This document shows positions 1-10,336 of a stretch of DNA of 64,000 bases, one piece after another; positions within the stretch are counted from its first letter, which is position 1, and every line of letters begins with the position of its first letter. The translations under genes and the position numbers were made by a program. Location of the stretch: the NCBI GenBank assembly GCA_965237905.1, contig OZ250172.1:1728001-1792000 (forward strand), given 5' to 3'. The DNA is from Nitrospinaceae bacterium. GTDB taxonomy: Bacteria; Nitrospinota; Nitrospinia; Nitrospinales; Nitrospinaceae. Below the pieces are notes generated by a model. That model was not told the origin of the DNA. It did not search any database and saw only the letters and a list, made by a program, of their open reading frames with translations.

Positions 1-7
1 CATTCCA

Positions 8-712
8 ATGGCCGTGATGTTTATTTTGGGCGCCATTCACTATATTGCCGAGATCGTTTCTGAAACCCCCGGTTACCCGCAAAGTGAAATCACCCGGCTT
101 GACATTAGCCTCTGGCTGATTTCCATTCCCTTTTATGTCCTTTTTGCAATCACCTGTCATCGACTGGTACTCCTTAGAGATAGCGGTATCGCGACTTATG
201 GCAATCTCACCTGGAGCAAACGGGAAACCCGGTTCTTCTGGTGGGGTGTGTTCATACCTCTGGCCTATATGCTATTGATCATACTGTTTCCTATCGGTTT
301 TGGACTTTTAATCAGGGTCTTCCCTGATTTTGGAAAATCTCCATCCGATTTGGCCGATTCGTTTTGGTTTAAAATGTTTGGCTATCTATTGTTTCTTCCA
401 TCCACTTATATAATTGCACGGCTCAGCCTGATCTTCCCGGCAACCGCTGTGGACCGGCAAGTCGATATCAAATGGGCCTGGAATCTGTCGCGCAACAATA
501 GCTGGCGGCTGACCGTGGTGGTTGGGATTTTGCCCTGGGTCTTCGCTTTCTTTCAAGGCCTGTTTGCAAGGGACAGCGCAACACTGGTGGAGGACTTAAT
601 TCACCTCATGGTGAGCTTTATCTTTTTGGCCGTGGAGATTGTCGCCCTCTCCTTCTCCTATAAGCATCTGGCGGAACAGGTTGCCCCTCCCGCTTCCGCG
701 GTCTTACCCTGA
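8..712 (+). CDS. Multi-pass membrane protein, hypothetical (5' end may lie outside the window)
   Basis: 234-aa ORF with about 6 hydrophobic segments; starts at the window edge. Confidence 0.6.
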   Translation: MAVMFILGAIHYIAEIVSETPGYPQSEITRLDISLWLISIPFYVLFAITCHRLVLLRDSGIATYGNLTWSKRETRFFWWGVFIPLAYMLLIILFPIGFGLLIRVFPDFGKSPSDLADSFWFKMFGYLLFLPSTYIIARLSLIFPATAVDRQVDIKWAWNLSRNNSWRLTVVVGILPWVFAFFQGLFARDSATLVEDLIHLMVSFIFLAVEIVALSFSYKHLAEQVAPPASAVLP

Positions 713-724
713 AAGGAATATAAA

Positions 725-1465
725 GTGAAGACCCTTGCTTTTCTGCTGATGATCAGCCTGGCCGGGGGAGCTGCGTTTGCGCAGAGCCCTCCGGCACAGG
801 CCTCGGAACAAAAGGTCATTGCGGTCGTTCTAGGAAAAAAGATCACGGTCAAAGACAAGGACCGGCTCAAGGGCCTGATTTTCGGGACACTCCTGGAACA
901 GTTCGCCAAGGAAAACCGGATCGAGCCGACCGATGAGGAAATCGACACATTCATACAAAAGAACGAGGAAATAAAACAGCAACAGAACCTCCAGTTTAAG
1001 AAAAAACGGGAACAGTTGATCGCCGAGTTGAAGGATCCCAACCTGACCCAAAGCCAGCGTAAGGAGAAGCAACAATACCTGGAGACCCTCGATAAAGTTC
1101 TCAAGTCGAACCGCGAGACGAATGAGCTGACGAAAAAACTGACGCAGGAACAGGAGGAACAACTGCGCCCGATGCTACGCCGCATGGCGCGGCAGTTTGT
1201 CCGGCGATGGAAGATCAACAAGGCGCTCTTCGCGAAGTACGGGGGACGCGTGATTTTTCAGCAGGCGGGTGTGGAGCCGCTGGACGCCTATCGGGACTTT
1301 TTGCAGGAACAGGAAAAAAACGGCGCGTTCCGGATTCTCGACCCGAAGTATAAAGCACCCTTCTGGCGATACTTTACAAACGATGCCATGCACAGCTTCT
1401 ATGCCGGTGACGATGGAGCGAAGTTCATAAACACCCCCTGGTGGCTGATGGAACCACAGGAATGA
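725..1465 (+). CDS. Exported helical protein, SurA N-terminal-like
   Basis: Signal peptide ending AAFA-Q; VIAVVLGKKIT and coiled-coil segments; AAGGA RBS upstream. Confidence 0.55.
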   Translation: MKTLAFLLMISLAGGAAFAQSPPAQASEQKVIAVVLGKKITVKDKDRLKGLIFGTLLEQFAKENRIEPTDEEIDTFIQKNEEIKQQQNLQFKKKREQLIAELKDPNLTQSQRKEKQQYLETLDKVLKSNRETNELTKKLTQEQEEQLRPMLRRMARQFVRRWKINKALFAKYGGRVIFQQAGVEPLDAYRDFLQEQEKNGAFRILDPKYKAPFWRYFTNDAMHSFYAGDDGAKFINTPWWLMEPQE

Positions 1466-1787
1466 ACATGAATACCCAACCCACCGAAGACGGTTCGCCG
1501 TTGATGATCCTGCAACATTCTTATTGCAGGACCCTGGTGGCCTGTCTTCCCGCTTCCGGGCATTAACTTGAGAGGGTAGATGATAATGAATAATACAAAT
1601 TGGATTTTGGGGTTTGTGCTCGTGGTAGCTATATTAGCTAAACTCTATTTCTTATTAAGTTATTAATAAGCGGTTTTTATTTTTCATCCACGCACCTCCC
1701 CCCCTCTTTTCCAAAAGGCATAACTCCCTTTGAAATAACTCGTTCCCCGTTTCCATACCTGTTTGACTTCCTACCTTGTGAGAACGT

Positions 1788-1945
1788 CCTCCTCCCCGGA
1801 GGGGGAACTGGCTGACGGTTGACGTCTTACGATGTTCTCCCCGCGCAATTGGAAGTTTCAAAATTTGCTCCGGGCCTTGCCCGGCTCCTCCCCGGAGGGG
1901 GAGCTGGTTGACCGTTACCTGCATTGTCAATCATCATGCACAATT
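1788..1945 (+). repeat. Two tandem copies of a hairpin repeat family
   Basis: CCTCCTCCCCGGAGGGGGAACTGGCTGACGGTTGAC at 1788-1823 and CTCCTCCCCGGAGGGGGAGCTGGTTGACCGTTAC at 1885-1918, each followed about 20 nt later by GCRCAATT; hairpin CCGGGCCTTGCCCGG at 1870-1884 between them. Confidence 0.85.
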
Positions 1946-1960
1946 GAAAATAGGTAAAAG

Positions 1961-3148
1961 ATGAAAATTGCTCACTGGTTCCGACGTAAAGTCAGCGCGG
2001 CGACGCGTGCGCTCACCCTGATGATGCCCCTGCCGCATGGCTTCGGTATGAAAGCGAATTACGAATCGATCGCGCGCGAAGGTTACATGACCAACAGCGT
2101 CGTCTTCGCCTGCATCCGGGAAATCGCCGAGGCCTCAGCCGGCGTGCCCTGGCAGTTGTTTCAAACGCAATCGGATGGCGCACAGAAAGAACTCACCGAC
2201 CATCCCCTGCTGAAACTGATCGACCAACCCAATCCGTTCCAGGGAAGATTCGAGCTGATCGAAAACCTCACCGCTTACCTGTATCTTTCAGGTAACGCGT
2301 ATCTGGAGGCCGTCGGGCCGACGTCCGGTAGTCGCGGTTCCAAACCGCCGACGGAACTGTATGTGTTACGACCCGACCGCATGGCCATTCTGCCCGATCC
2401 CACCCACTTCATCCGCGGCTACGAGTACAAGGTCGCGGGTCAGTCGGTGAAGTTTTCGCGCGACCAGGTCATGCATCTCAAGTTGTTTCATCCGCTGGAC
2501 GACTGGTACGGCCTGTCACCCATACAGGTGGCGGCTTTGCCGGTGGACAAGATCAACGCCAGCGACCGGTGGAACGCCGCCCTCCTCCAGAATTCCGCGG
2601 TGCCCTCCGGTGCGCTGGTGTCCAAGAAGCGCCTCACTGACGAGCAGTATGGCAGGCTCAAATCCGAGATGCGCGAGCAGTACCAGGGCGTCACCAACGC
2701 ACGTTCGCCGCTGTTGCTGGAAGAGGACATCGACTGGAAAGAAATCGGCAAGTCGCCGAAGGAGATGGACTGGATCGAAGGCCTCAAATTCAGCGCCTTG
2801 CAGATCGCACAGATCTACAACCTCCCGCCGGAGTTGATCGGCCTGCAACCCGCCACCTACCAGAATCGCAAGGAAGCGCGAAAAGCTCTCTATACAGAAG
2901 TCGTGCTACCGGCGCTCAGCCGCCTGCGCGATTCCCTCAACACCTGGCTGACGCCGCGCTTCGGTGACGGCCTCCTGCTGAACTTCAACCGCAACGCTAT
3001 CGAAGCCCTGTCCGAAGACCAGAGCGCGTTATGGAAGCGCGTCAACGAGAGCCGGTTCCTCACCCTCAACGAACAACGCCAGATGGTCGGCTACGAAGCC
3101 ATCCCCGGCGGCGACTCCTTCCCGGAGGGGGAACTCGCTGACCGTTGA
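1961..3148 (+). CDS. HK97-family phage portal protein
   Basis: Motifs VFACIREIAE, LSGNAY, HLKLFHPLDDWYGLSPIQ, IAQIYNLPPELIG, LTLNEQRQMVG. Confidence 0.95.
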   Translation: MKIAHWFRRKVSAATRALTLMMPLPHGFGMKANYESIAREGYMTNSVVFACIREIAEASAGVPWQLFQTQSDGAQKELTDHPLLKLIDQPNPFQGRFELIENLTAYLYLSGNAYLEAVGPTSGSRGSKPPTELYVLRPDRMAILPDPTHFIRGYEYKVAGQSVKFSRDQVMHLKLFHPLDDWYGLSPIQVAALPVDKINASDRWNAALLQNSAVPSGALVSKKRLTDEQYGRLKSEMREQYQGVTNARSPLLLEEDIDWKEIGKSPKEMDWIEGLKFSALQIAQIYNLPPELIGLQPATYQNRKEARKALYTEVVLPALSRLRDSLNTWLTPRFGDGLLLNFNRNAIEALSEDQSALWKRVNESRFLTLNEQRQMVGYEAIPGGDSFPEGELADR

Positions 3149-3210
3149 CTCCTGACGACGGTCGTTGGACGCAATTCAAAGTTTTAATTTATCTGCGGCG
3201 ATACGCCGCC
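3115..3210 (+). repeat. Hairpin repeat copy overlapping the portal 3' end
   Basis: CTCCTTCCCGGAGGGGGAACTCGCTGACCGTTGAC, then GACGCAATT, then ATTTATCTGCGGCGATACGCCGCC. Confidence 0.85.
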
Positions 3211-3232
3211 ATTATGCCGATGGAGCATCACG

Positions 3233-3769
3233 ATGAAGGAATACCATTCTTTTGAATTCAAGTTAAACGACGTGTCCGACAACGGTCAGTTCCAGGGCTA
3301 CGCCGCGACCTTCGGCAACGTCGATTTGGGAAACGACGTGGTGGAACCGGGAGCGTTCGAGCAGTCTCTGCGTGACACCGGGGGCGGGAAGATTCCCATC
3401 CTCGACCACCACAACCCGGCCCAGCAGATTGGCTGGAACCTGGAAGCCCGGGAAGATAGCATCGGCCTGTTCGTGCGGGGTCAACTCGACCTCAACGTGC
3501 AGGCCGCCCGGGAACGCCACAGTCTGATGAAGCTGGCCGCCCAAGTCGGCGGACGCAGTGGATTGTCCATCGGATTTCAAACCGTGCGCGACGAACCCGA
3601 CCCGGAGAATTTCAAAATCCGTTGCCTTAAGGAAATCCGCCTGATGGAGTACAGCCTCGTTACCTTCCCGATGAACCCGGAAGCCGGCGTCACCCGAATT
3701 AAGACCGACAACGGATTAACCCTTCAAGAATCATTGCACACCTTACTAACTCACCTGCGCGCCAATTAA
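3233..3769 (+). CDS. HK97-family prohead protease
   Basis: FQGYAATFGNVD...DVVEPGAF, ILDHH, GLSIGF, LMEYSLVTFPMNPEA. Confidence 0.95.
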   Translation: MKEYHSFEFKLNDVSDNGQFQGYAATFGNVDLGNDVVEPGAFEQSLRDTGGGKIPILDHHNPAQQIGWNLEAREDSIGLFVRGQLDLNVQAARERHSLMKLAAQVGGRSGLSIGFQTVRDEPDPENFKIRCLKEIRLMEYSLVTFPMNPEAGVTRIKTDNGLTLQESLHTLLTHLRAN

Positions 3770-3827
3770 TTCCCTCCCTTCATTATCAAGAAGACGGAGC
3801 GCAGGACCCCACACAAGGAGTTTCTGA

Positions 3828-5018
3828 ATGCAGGACCTTAAACAACTCGTCAACGACATCAACCATTCCTTTCTCGAGTTCAAAACGAGAAACGACCAGC
3901 GCCTGTGCGAGCTGGAAAAAGGGCGGCGCGATCCGCTCATCAACCAGCAGGTCGACACCCTCGCCCGCGAAGTGCAGAACCTGGCGGAAATCAAATCCCG
4001 CATGGAGCACATTGAAACGCAACTCAACCGGCCCGTGTTCGAAACCGGCAACCGGTTTGAAAGTTCCTTGCGGCACGAACAGAAGCAGATTATCAACAAG
4101 TACCTGCGCTACGGAGAAAGCGCGTTGACCCCGGACGAAGTCAAGCAACTGTCGGTCGACAGCGATCCCCAGGGCGGTTACTGGGTGACCGGCGAAATGT
4201 CGCAACAGGTCATCACCAAAGTGTTCGAAACCTCGCCGATGCGCACCCTCGCCACGGTAGAAACCATCAGCTCTGACGCGCTGGAAATTCCCGAGGACAT
4301 CGGCGAAGCGGCTGTCGGTTGGACTGCCGAGACTGGTGTGCGCAGTGAGACTGCTTCGCCCACCATCGGTGTCCGGCGCATCCCGGTGCATGAAATCTAC
4401 GCCATGCCCAAAGCCACCCAGCAACTGCTCGACGACGCACGCGTCAATGTTGAGGAATGGCTGAGCGGCAAAATCGCTTCCAAAATGTCCACCACTGAAA
4501 ATACCGCGTTCATCAACGGCGACGGTGTCGATAAACCGCGCGGCGTGCTGACCTACCCGGCAGGCGCGACCAACCCCGGTGAAATCGAGCAGATCAATTC
4601 CGGCAGTGCCGGTGCGCTCACCGCCGACGGTTTGCGCTCGTTGTTCTACGCACTGAAAACGCCGTACATCCGCAACGCACGCTGGATCATGGGACGCTCC
4701 ACCATCGAGACCATCTCCAAGTTGAAAGACGGCGGCGGTGAGTACCTGTGGTCACCGGGCCTCAAGGAAGGCGAACCGCAGATGTTGCTGGGCCATCCCA
4801 TCGACCGCATGGAAGACATGCCGGCGGTTGCCGCCAACGCTCTGCCGGTCGCGTTCGGTGACTGGAAGCAGGCGTACACCATCGTCGACCGCGCCGGGGT
4901 ACGCGTCCTGCGCGATCCCTACAGCTCGAAACCCTTCGTGCTGTTCTATACGACCAAGCGGGTCGGCGGCGACATCACCAACTTTGAAGCGATGGCCATC
5001 CAAAAAGTGTCTGCTTAA
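3828..5018 (+). CDS. HK97-fold major capsid protein, GTA-capsid-like C-terminus
   Basis: N-terminal coiled-coil delta domain; ENTAFINGDGVDKPRG; FGDWKQAYTIVDR...RVLRDPYSSKPFVLFYTTKRVGG; AAGGAG RBS. Confidence 0.95.
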   Translation: MQDLKQLVNDINHSFLEFKTRNDQRLCELEKGRRDPLINQQVDTLAREVQNLAEIKSRMEHIETQLNRPVFETGNRFESSLRHEQKQIINKYLRYGESALTPDEVKQLSVDSDPQGGYWVTGEMSQQVITKVFETSPMRTLATVETISSDALEIPEDIGEAAVGWTAETGVRSETASPTIGVRRIPVHEIYAMPKATQQLLDDARVNVEEWLSGKIASKMSTTENTAFINGDGVDKPRGVLTYPAGATNPGEIEQINSGSAGALTADGLRSLFYALKTPYIRNARWIMGRSTIETISKLKDGGGEYLWSPGLKEGEPQMLLGHPIDRMEDMPAVAANALPVAFGDWKQAYTIVDRAGVRVLRDPYSSKPFVLFYTTKRVGGDITNFEAMAIQKVSA

Positions 5019-5067
5019 CGGCGGAGCATCATTTCCAAAATATTAAGAATAATCAAAGGAGAAACGA

Positions 5068-5454
5068 ATGCGAGACATCAAGAACAATCTGGACGGCGTC
5101 AGTTCCATCGACCCGGCCAGCTATACGGCAACCACCAACGGGTCCGGTGTGGACTTGCGGGATTTCGACGGCGCAATGATGATGTTTCAGGCCGGTACTG
5201 CCGACACCGGGAGCGGTAACGAAACTTACGCCCCAGGGGTGGAAGAGTCGGACGACAACTCAACTTACTCTACTGTCGCCGCGTCCGATCTGGAAGGCGT
5301 GCCGGTCAACATGACGGCGAACTCGGTTCAGCGCGTCGGTTACAAAGGCGCCAAGCGGTACATCCGCGCGGTGCTGACTCTGGGCGGCACAACTCCCTCC
5401 ATCAATGCTTCGGCGCTGGTCATTCGAGGTCTGCCGCACCATGCCCCCCTCTAA
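5068..5454 (+). CDS. Putative head decoration/cement protein
   Basis: 128 aa directly after the capsid gene; beta-rich with GYKGAKRYIRAVLT; AAGGAG RBS. Confidence 0.6.
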   Translation: MRDIKNNLDGVSSIDPASYTATTNGSGVDLRDFDGAMMMFQAGTADTGSGNETYAPGVEESDDNSTYSTVAASDLEGVPVNMTANSVQRVGYKGAKRYIRAVLTLGGTTPSINASALVIRGLPHHAPL

Positions 5455-5545
5455 CGAGGGATGAAACTTGCTCAACGTGATTGCCAGAAAGAATCGTTGA
5501 GCGCAATTTAGCGAATCATGACTTCCCTCAACTGTGAGGGAGGTC

Positions 5546-5806
5546 ATGAAGCTGAGGAAAAATATGAAAGTGAAAATGAATCGCACCTGTTTCGGGTCGC
5601 CCGACGGGATGCAGGTGAATGAATATAAAAAAGGCGAGACCTATGACCTGCCGGACCCACTGGCCGAGGTGTTTGTCCAGCAACGCTGGGCCGTAAAGGT
5701 CGTCAAGACTCCCCGGAGGACGAAAGATGCGGGCGCCGCTCCGGAAAATAAATCCGTGAAAAATAAAATGAAACGCAAAACCAAACGAGGTGGTCATGGC
5801 GCTTAA
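5546..5806 (+). CDS. Small basic phage protein
   Basis: GGAGG RBS; YKKGETYDLPDPLAEVF then a Lys-rich APENK tail, as often seen between capsid and adaptor genes. Confidence 0.6.
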   Translation: MKLRKNMKVKMNRTCFGSPDGMQVNEYKKGETYDLPDPLAEVFVQQRWAVKVVKTPRRTKDAGAAPENKSVKNKMKRKTKRGGHGA

Positions 5807-6473
5807 GCTGAAAACCCCGCCTGCTTCCGAACCGGTGACTTTGGCGGAAACCAAGTCTTACCTTAAAGTTACCGGCACCACAGACGACACGTTGATCAGC
5901 CAGATCATCACCGCCCTCCGCAAAAGTTGTGAAGACTGGACCGGGCGTGTGCTGGTCACACAGACCTGGACCTTGTGGCGCGATGCGTTTCCGCACCGGG
6001 AAAAGGATCGCCTGCCACACGCCGGGTATTTCGAATTGCCGGTGGACTTCGCCGACGAGGCGCAACGTGTGGTTTGCATTCCGCGTCCACCTTTGCAGGC
6101 GGTGACCTTTTTGAAAACGTATAACACCGGCAACCAGGCGACGACCTTCGACGCCGGCAAATATTTTGTGGACGCCGCATCCGAACCGGGGCGGGTTGTT
6201 TTAAATCAGTCCAGCGCGTGGCCGACGGGTCTGCGTCCGGTCAACGCGGTGGAGATTGAATTCATCGCGGGTTATGGCGACGCCTCGGCGGTGCCCGACG
6301 CGCTCAAGCAGGGCATGCTGTTGTGGATCAAACTGCTTTATGCCGATAGAAACTGGTTGTTCGAGTTGGGCGAGTCAACCGCCGGATTGATCGAGTTCAA
6401 TCGCAATGACGTGCCACCACCGGTGGCCTCGTTGTGGTCGCCCTATAAAATCTATTCACTGGACCCGAGGTGA
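5796..6473 (+). CDS. Head-tail connector/adaptor (gp6-like)
   Basis: PPASEPVTLAETKSYLKV, VLVTQTW, VEIEFIAGYG...VPDALKQ. Confidence 0.9.
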   Translation: MALKLKTPPASEPVTLAETKSYLKVTGTTDDTLISQIITALRKSCEDWTGRVLVTQTWTLWRDAFPHREKDRLPHAGYFELPVDFADEAQRVVCIPRPPLQAVTFLKTYNTGNQATTFDAGKYFVDAASEPGRVVLNQSSAWPTGLRPVNAVEIEFIAGYGDASAVPDALKQGMLLWIKLLYADRNWLFELGESTAGLIEFNRNDVPPPVASLWSPYKIYSLDPR

Positions 6474-6850
6474 CCGTGAGCATCGGATTCTTCTTTCCCA
6501 CGCAGTCGGCACCGACGGCACAATGGGTGCCCGGCAAACCGCCTCTGCTTCCGGTGTGGAGCACCACTGATTATCCTGAACAACTGACTGGCGAGACGGC
6601 GGGAGGTGCGTTGTATGTGCAGGACAAGGGACCTCAGCGCGAGCGGTTTGAGTTGAAGTTTGAACGTATCACCCAAAGCGACCGCGACGCGGCCTTGGCG
6701 CTTTTTAACGCTGTCAAGAAATCGTTCAGTCCCTTTGAGTACCAGGATGCCGAAGGCACTCCGCACAATGTTCGCTGGCTGAACGGGTTCGAGTTTCAGG
6801 AAACGGTGCCCGGCCGCTATTCGGGAACCCTCCATTTAAGAAAAGAATAA
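6470..6850 (+). CDS. Putative distal-tail (lambda gpM-like) protein
   Basis: 126 aa; GTGA-coupled to the adaptor gene; FELKF...FNAVK...PFEYQD pattern. Confidence 0.45.
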   Translation: MTVSIGFFFPTQSAPTAQWVPGKPPLLPVWSTTDYPEQLTGETAGGALYVQDKGPQRERFELKFERITQSDRDAALALFNAVKKSFSPFEYQDAEGTPHNVRWLNGFEFQETVPGRYSGTLHLRKE

Positions 6851-6886
6851 CTGCACACTCGTGGCAGCCATTGGGAGATTCATTCG

Positions 6887-7204
6887 ATGATTGATTGGCA
6901 AAACGCAAATTTAAAAGAGTTCACCTTTGACGTGGATGTGGAAGGGATTCAAGAGATCGGATCTTCGCAGGTGTTCCCGGTCAAGGTACACACCCAGGAC
7001 GGCACCCCCGCCTTCACCTGCACCGTTCCAGTGCGTGCAGAGTTTTACCGTCAGTTGAAACAAACCGCCGACTGGGAATCGGCCCTGCTCAAAATTCTGA
7101 AGAGCCGGGTGCGGGAGGAAATCCTGAAACGTAAGAAACACAATCCCGTTCCCATAGAAGATAAACTGCAACTGATCGGTAAACAAATTTCAACCGCGGA
7201 CTGA
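6887..7204 (+). CDS. Hypothetical protein in the phage-like cluster
   Basis: 105-aa ORF with GGGAG RBS; no recognisable motif. Confidence 0.6.
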   Translation: MIDWQNANLKEFTFDVDVEGIQEIGSSQVFPVKVHTQDGTPAFTCTVPVRAEFYRQLKQTADWESALLKILKSRVREEILKRKKHNPVPIEDKLQLIGKQISTAD

Positions 7205-7207
7205 TGC

Positions 7208-10200
7208 ATGCGCACTTTTACCGGCGGGTTCACTGCCACCAAAAATAAAAAAAGTCATCAACCGGTCAACCTCCTGAAAATTGCCTGGCCTGCCATTGGC
7301 GCGTTTCCGGCGAAGACGCTGAATCTTGCCGACCGCGCCGTGACCATTGATGGCGTGGACTGGTTGCCGTTGGTGGAGGACTGGGGCGCGATTGAAGGAA
7401 CAGGTTTGGATGCCCTACTTCAAAACTCGGGAGAGGAGAAGGCAAAGGTGGAGTTGGTGAACGCGCCGGTGGATTTCGGTGAGGGACCGCAACGGTTCTC
7501 GGACCTGTTGTTTGAGTATCCGCCGGAAGCGGCCACGGGCGTTCTGTACCAGTGGTTCGAGGGCGAGGGATTGGTCACTGGCGATCAAACCGAATTGCTG
7601 ACCGCTCGCATCGTTGACCCTGTGGATTATGACGAGCGTATCTGTTCGCTTCATTTGGTAGTGGAGTCAGCGCATCATGGCCGTCGCATGGTGGGCAACA
7701 CGTTGACGCTAACGGATTATCCGGACGCGCCGGAGACTTCCATCGGATTGATCAAGCCGATTGTCATCGGTCAGGTGGAGGATGTACCCGGTGTGCCGGT
7801 GCGGCAGGTGTATAACACGCGGCTGGCGTCCGTGGCTTTGCCCGGTGCGAGTACGTTGGACGTCGCCTCGACTCTCGGGTTTGCCGCCAGCGGATCGGTG
7901 GTGATCAACGATGACACCATCAGCTACTCGGGAGTCACTGCCACTCAGTTTACCGGATGCAGCGGCATCAATGAATTTCATTACGCGGGTGACGAGGTGA
8001 TCGAGAGTGTGTCCGATCACCGTTACCTGTTAAGCGATTCCGACTACCCTATCTTCAGTATCAGCAACGTGAAGGTCGCGGGGGAGTTGTCGGACGGTGC
8101 GGGTTATGCCATCGACCTGGCCCAGGGGGAAGTGGTTTTCAGCGAAAAACCGCGCAAGGTGGTTTCTATCGACACGCGGTTTCTGCAGGCGCAGTTTGAT
8201 GCCACGGCTACCGGCAACACCGCCATCGATCCGCTCAACGCCACCAACCCTCTTTCCCGAACCGCCTTCGCGCAAATTTCCCAGGTCAACCGCAAGTTGA
8301 AACTGCAACAGATCACGAACATGGCCGCTCTGGGTGAAATCAATAAGGTTCTTCTGCGTGTCGAGTATTTTGTGGAGGAGAAACTACCGAACGATCTGAT
8401 CGTTGCGCGGCTGGAGGGTTTGGGCGATGTGGGCACGTTATCGTCTCCCGCCGATGTGGATTTAGCCAGCACCACTGGCGATACGGATATCACCCACAAT
8501 CATCTCGACACATTTGGTTTTCCCGTCAACATCCCCAACCACCTGCACACCGCCACCACCGAGGCGGACCGGGTGGTGATTCAGGGCGCGTCCAGCGGTC
8601 CGGCGGGCAACCTGACGATCACCGATCCAAACGACATTGGTCCTTTTTCTATTGCCGTCACTTTCCCGGCACCGCCCAGTGGAACTTTGAAAGCGGAATA
8701 CAAGGTGACTTGGAGATACAAAACGGTCACTTTTGCGTCCGGCATTCCGACGTTGAAGTTCGGCACGCATGTGATCGGAGTGTTCAACGGTGTTCGGGCA
8801 GATTTCGATTACACACAGAATTTCACGGTTGCGTCAGGTACGGGTGGCGATACCTGGAACATTACGCTGAGCTCCGGCTTTATGAAATTTGATCTGATGT
8901 CGGTCGAGCGTACCATTTATTACGCACCCAACCCCGCGACGTTGTCGAATCCGCTGGACACGGTGAAAGGCGGAGGCGTCACCCAGCACGGATCGATACC
9001 GGTACTGACGGCTACCACCGAAAAGTCCACCAACACGGTGGTGAACCATTTCGATATCAGTTCTCTGGTGAACCGCGACTGGAGCTGGTTCACCAATAAG
9101 GTGGTGGAGATTGAGTACACCGGCAGTTTCGACGGTCGGACGGCATACATCATTCATACCGCGTTTGAAATCGAATACGCACGCCGGCGCTTGGAAGCGA
9201 CCGATGCAGTGACCGCTGATGTGGCCGGTGTCAAAGATGATAGCGTGGGGACGGTTACCGGAACACCGGATGTAGTGATTGAACGGCCCGATCATGTGTT
9301 TCGCTGGTCGATTCTGAATCTGCTGGGCCTAACCGCTGCCATCATTGATGATTCTTCGTTTAACCAAGCGGGAACAGAATTGGGCAATGTCATCACCGGC
9401 GGTTATAAGCTGGCCGGTGTGGTTCAAAGTAAAGTGTTGCTGGAAACGCTGTGGCGGCAATGGATGAAGGAAAGCCGTTCGCATCTGTTCTGGGATCCCG
9501 TCGGTAAAGCCCGGCTGCAGTTTCGTCCCATTAATCGGTCGTTGGTTGCGGTGGGCAACGAAGTGAAAGCACTGACCGAAAGTATGGTGCGCCTCGATCC
9601 AGAGACCGGGGCCGGTCGTATTCAATTTCAACGGACGCCTTCCGACGGGGTGGTCAATCACATTGAGCTGGGGTACCAGCGCGATTGGGTAGCGGACCAC
9701 TACCGGAAAATTCATGTGGAGTCGGACAATGACACGATCGGCCTGTTCGGAAGGCGCGAACGGCCCGACGAATTTTTCTTCGACTGGTGCCGCAATTCCG
9801 TTATGGCGGAAGATCTTGCCCAATTTTATCTGGCGGAATTGAAAGAGCCGCAGACTCTGATTGAGTGCGAGGTTTTTCTCGATCAACTGGAATTGGAGCG
9901 GGGGGACTTCGTCACCGTATCGCATCCGCTGATATCGGGATCGAGCGCACTACATGGCATCGTGTTGCCTGGAAGTCATGTTCCCGGCTCGGGAAAAAAG
10001 CGGCGCATGGACGAATTGGATTTGCTGATTCGTTTGTTCCCCAGCGAACATTTGCGCGATCTGCTGGGTGAGACCGTAGGGATCACGGATGCTTTGAGTT
10101 TCCTCGCGGGCTTCGAGCTGGACATGCCCGAGTCGATAACGATTACCGATGCCGGTTTTATTGATGAGTTGGATGGTTGGGGTTCCCAGGATTGGGGAAC

Positions 10201-10231
10201 CAGCGGGTGGGGAGGCCTGGCGCCGCTGTGA
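7208..10231 (+). CDS. Large tail-tip/baseplate hub protein
   Basis: 1007 aa; YPDAPETSIGLIKPIVIG; C-terminal VVNHIELGY...LELERGDFVTV resembling phage tail hub domains. Confidence 0.7.
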   Translation: MRTFTGGFTATKNKKSHQPVNLLKIAWPAIGAFPAKTLNLADRAVTIDGVDWLPLVEDWGAIEGTGLDALLQNSGEEKAKVELVNAPVDFGEGPQRFSDLLFEYPPEAATGVLYQWFEGEGLVTGDQTELLTARIVDPVDYDERICSLHLVVESAHHGRRMVGNTLTLTDYPDAPETSIGLIKPIVIGQVEDVPGVPVRQVYNTRLASVALPGASTLDVASTLGFAASGSVVINDDTISYSGVTATQFTGCSGINEFHYAGDEVIESVSDHRYLLSDSDYPIFSISNVKVAGELSDGAGYAIDLAQGEVVFSEKPRKVVSIDTRFLQAQFDATATGNTAIDPLNATNPLSRTAFAQISQVNRKLKLQQITNMAALGEINKVLLRVEYFVEEKLPNDLIVARLEGLGDVGTLSSPADVDLASTTGDTDITHNHLDTFGFPVNIPNHLHTATTEADRVVIQGASSGPAGNLTITDPNDIGPFSIAVTFPAPPSGTLKAEYKVTWRYKTVTFASGIPTLKFGTHVIGVFNGVRADFDYTQNFTVASGTGGDTWNITLSSGFMKFDLMSVERTIYYAPNPATLSNPLDTVKGGGVTQHGSIPVLTATTEKSTNTVVNHFDISSLVNRDWSWFTNKVVEIEYTGSFDGRTAYIIHTAFEIEYARRRLEATDAVTADVAGVKDDSVGTVTGTPDVVIERPDHVFRWSILNLLGLTAAIIDDSSFNQAGTELGNVITGGYKLAGVVQSKVLLETLWRQWMKESRSHLFWDPVGKARLQFRPINRSLVAVGNEVKALTESMVRLDPETGAGRIQFQRTPSDGVVNHIELGYQRDWVADHYRKIHVESDNDTIGLFGRRERPDEFFFDWCRNSVMAEDLAQFYLAELKEPQTLIECEVFLDQLELERGDFVTVSHPLISGSSALHGIVLPGSHVPGSGKKRRMDELDLLIRLFPSEHLRDLLGETVGITDALSFLAGFELDMPESITITDAGFIDELDGWGSQDWGTSGWGGLAPL

Positions 10232-10336
10232 TGCCGGATGGAATCCTCCAGGAAGAAAGAATTACGTTAACCCTCTGCGGACCGGAGGGAGAGATCAAAG
10301 AACAGTTCACCTTTATTACACAAAGGAGTCGATCCC

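Noticed and set aside
1655..1930. ORFs with recurring (N/S)(Q/K)(L/F)PLRGG peptides (also 37703-37918)
   Set aside because: Translations of the hairpin repeat on its reverse strand, not genes
3828..5018. Encapsulin nanocompartment
   Set aside because: Accompanied by portal, prohead protease and adaptor genes, so it is a virion-type head module
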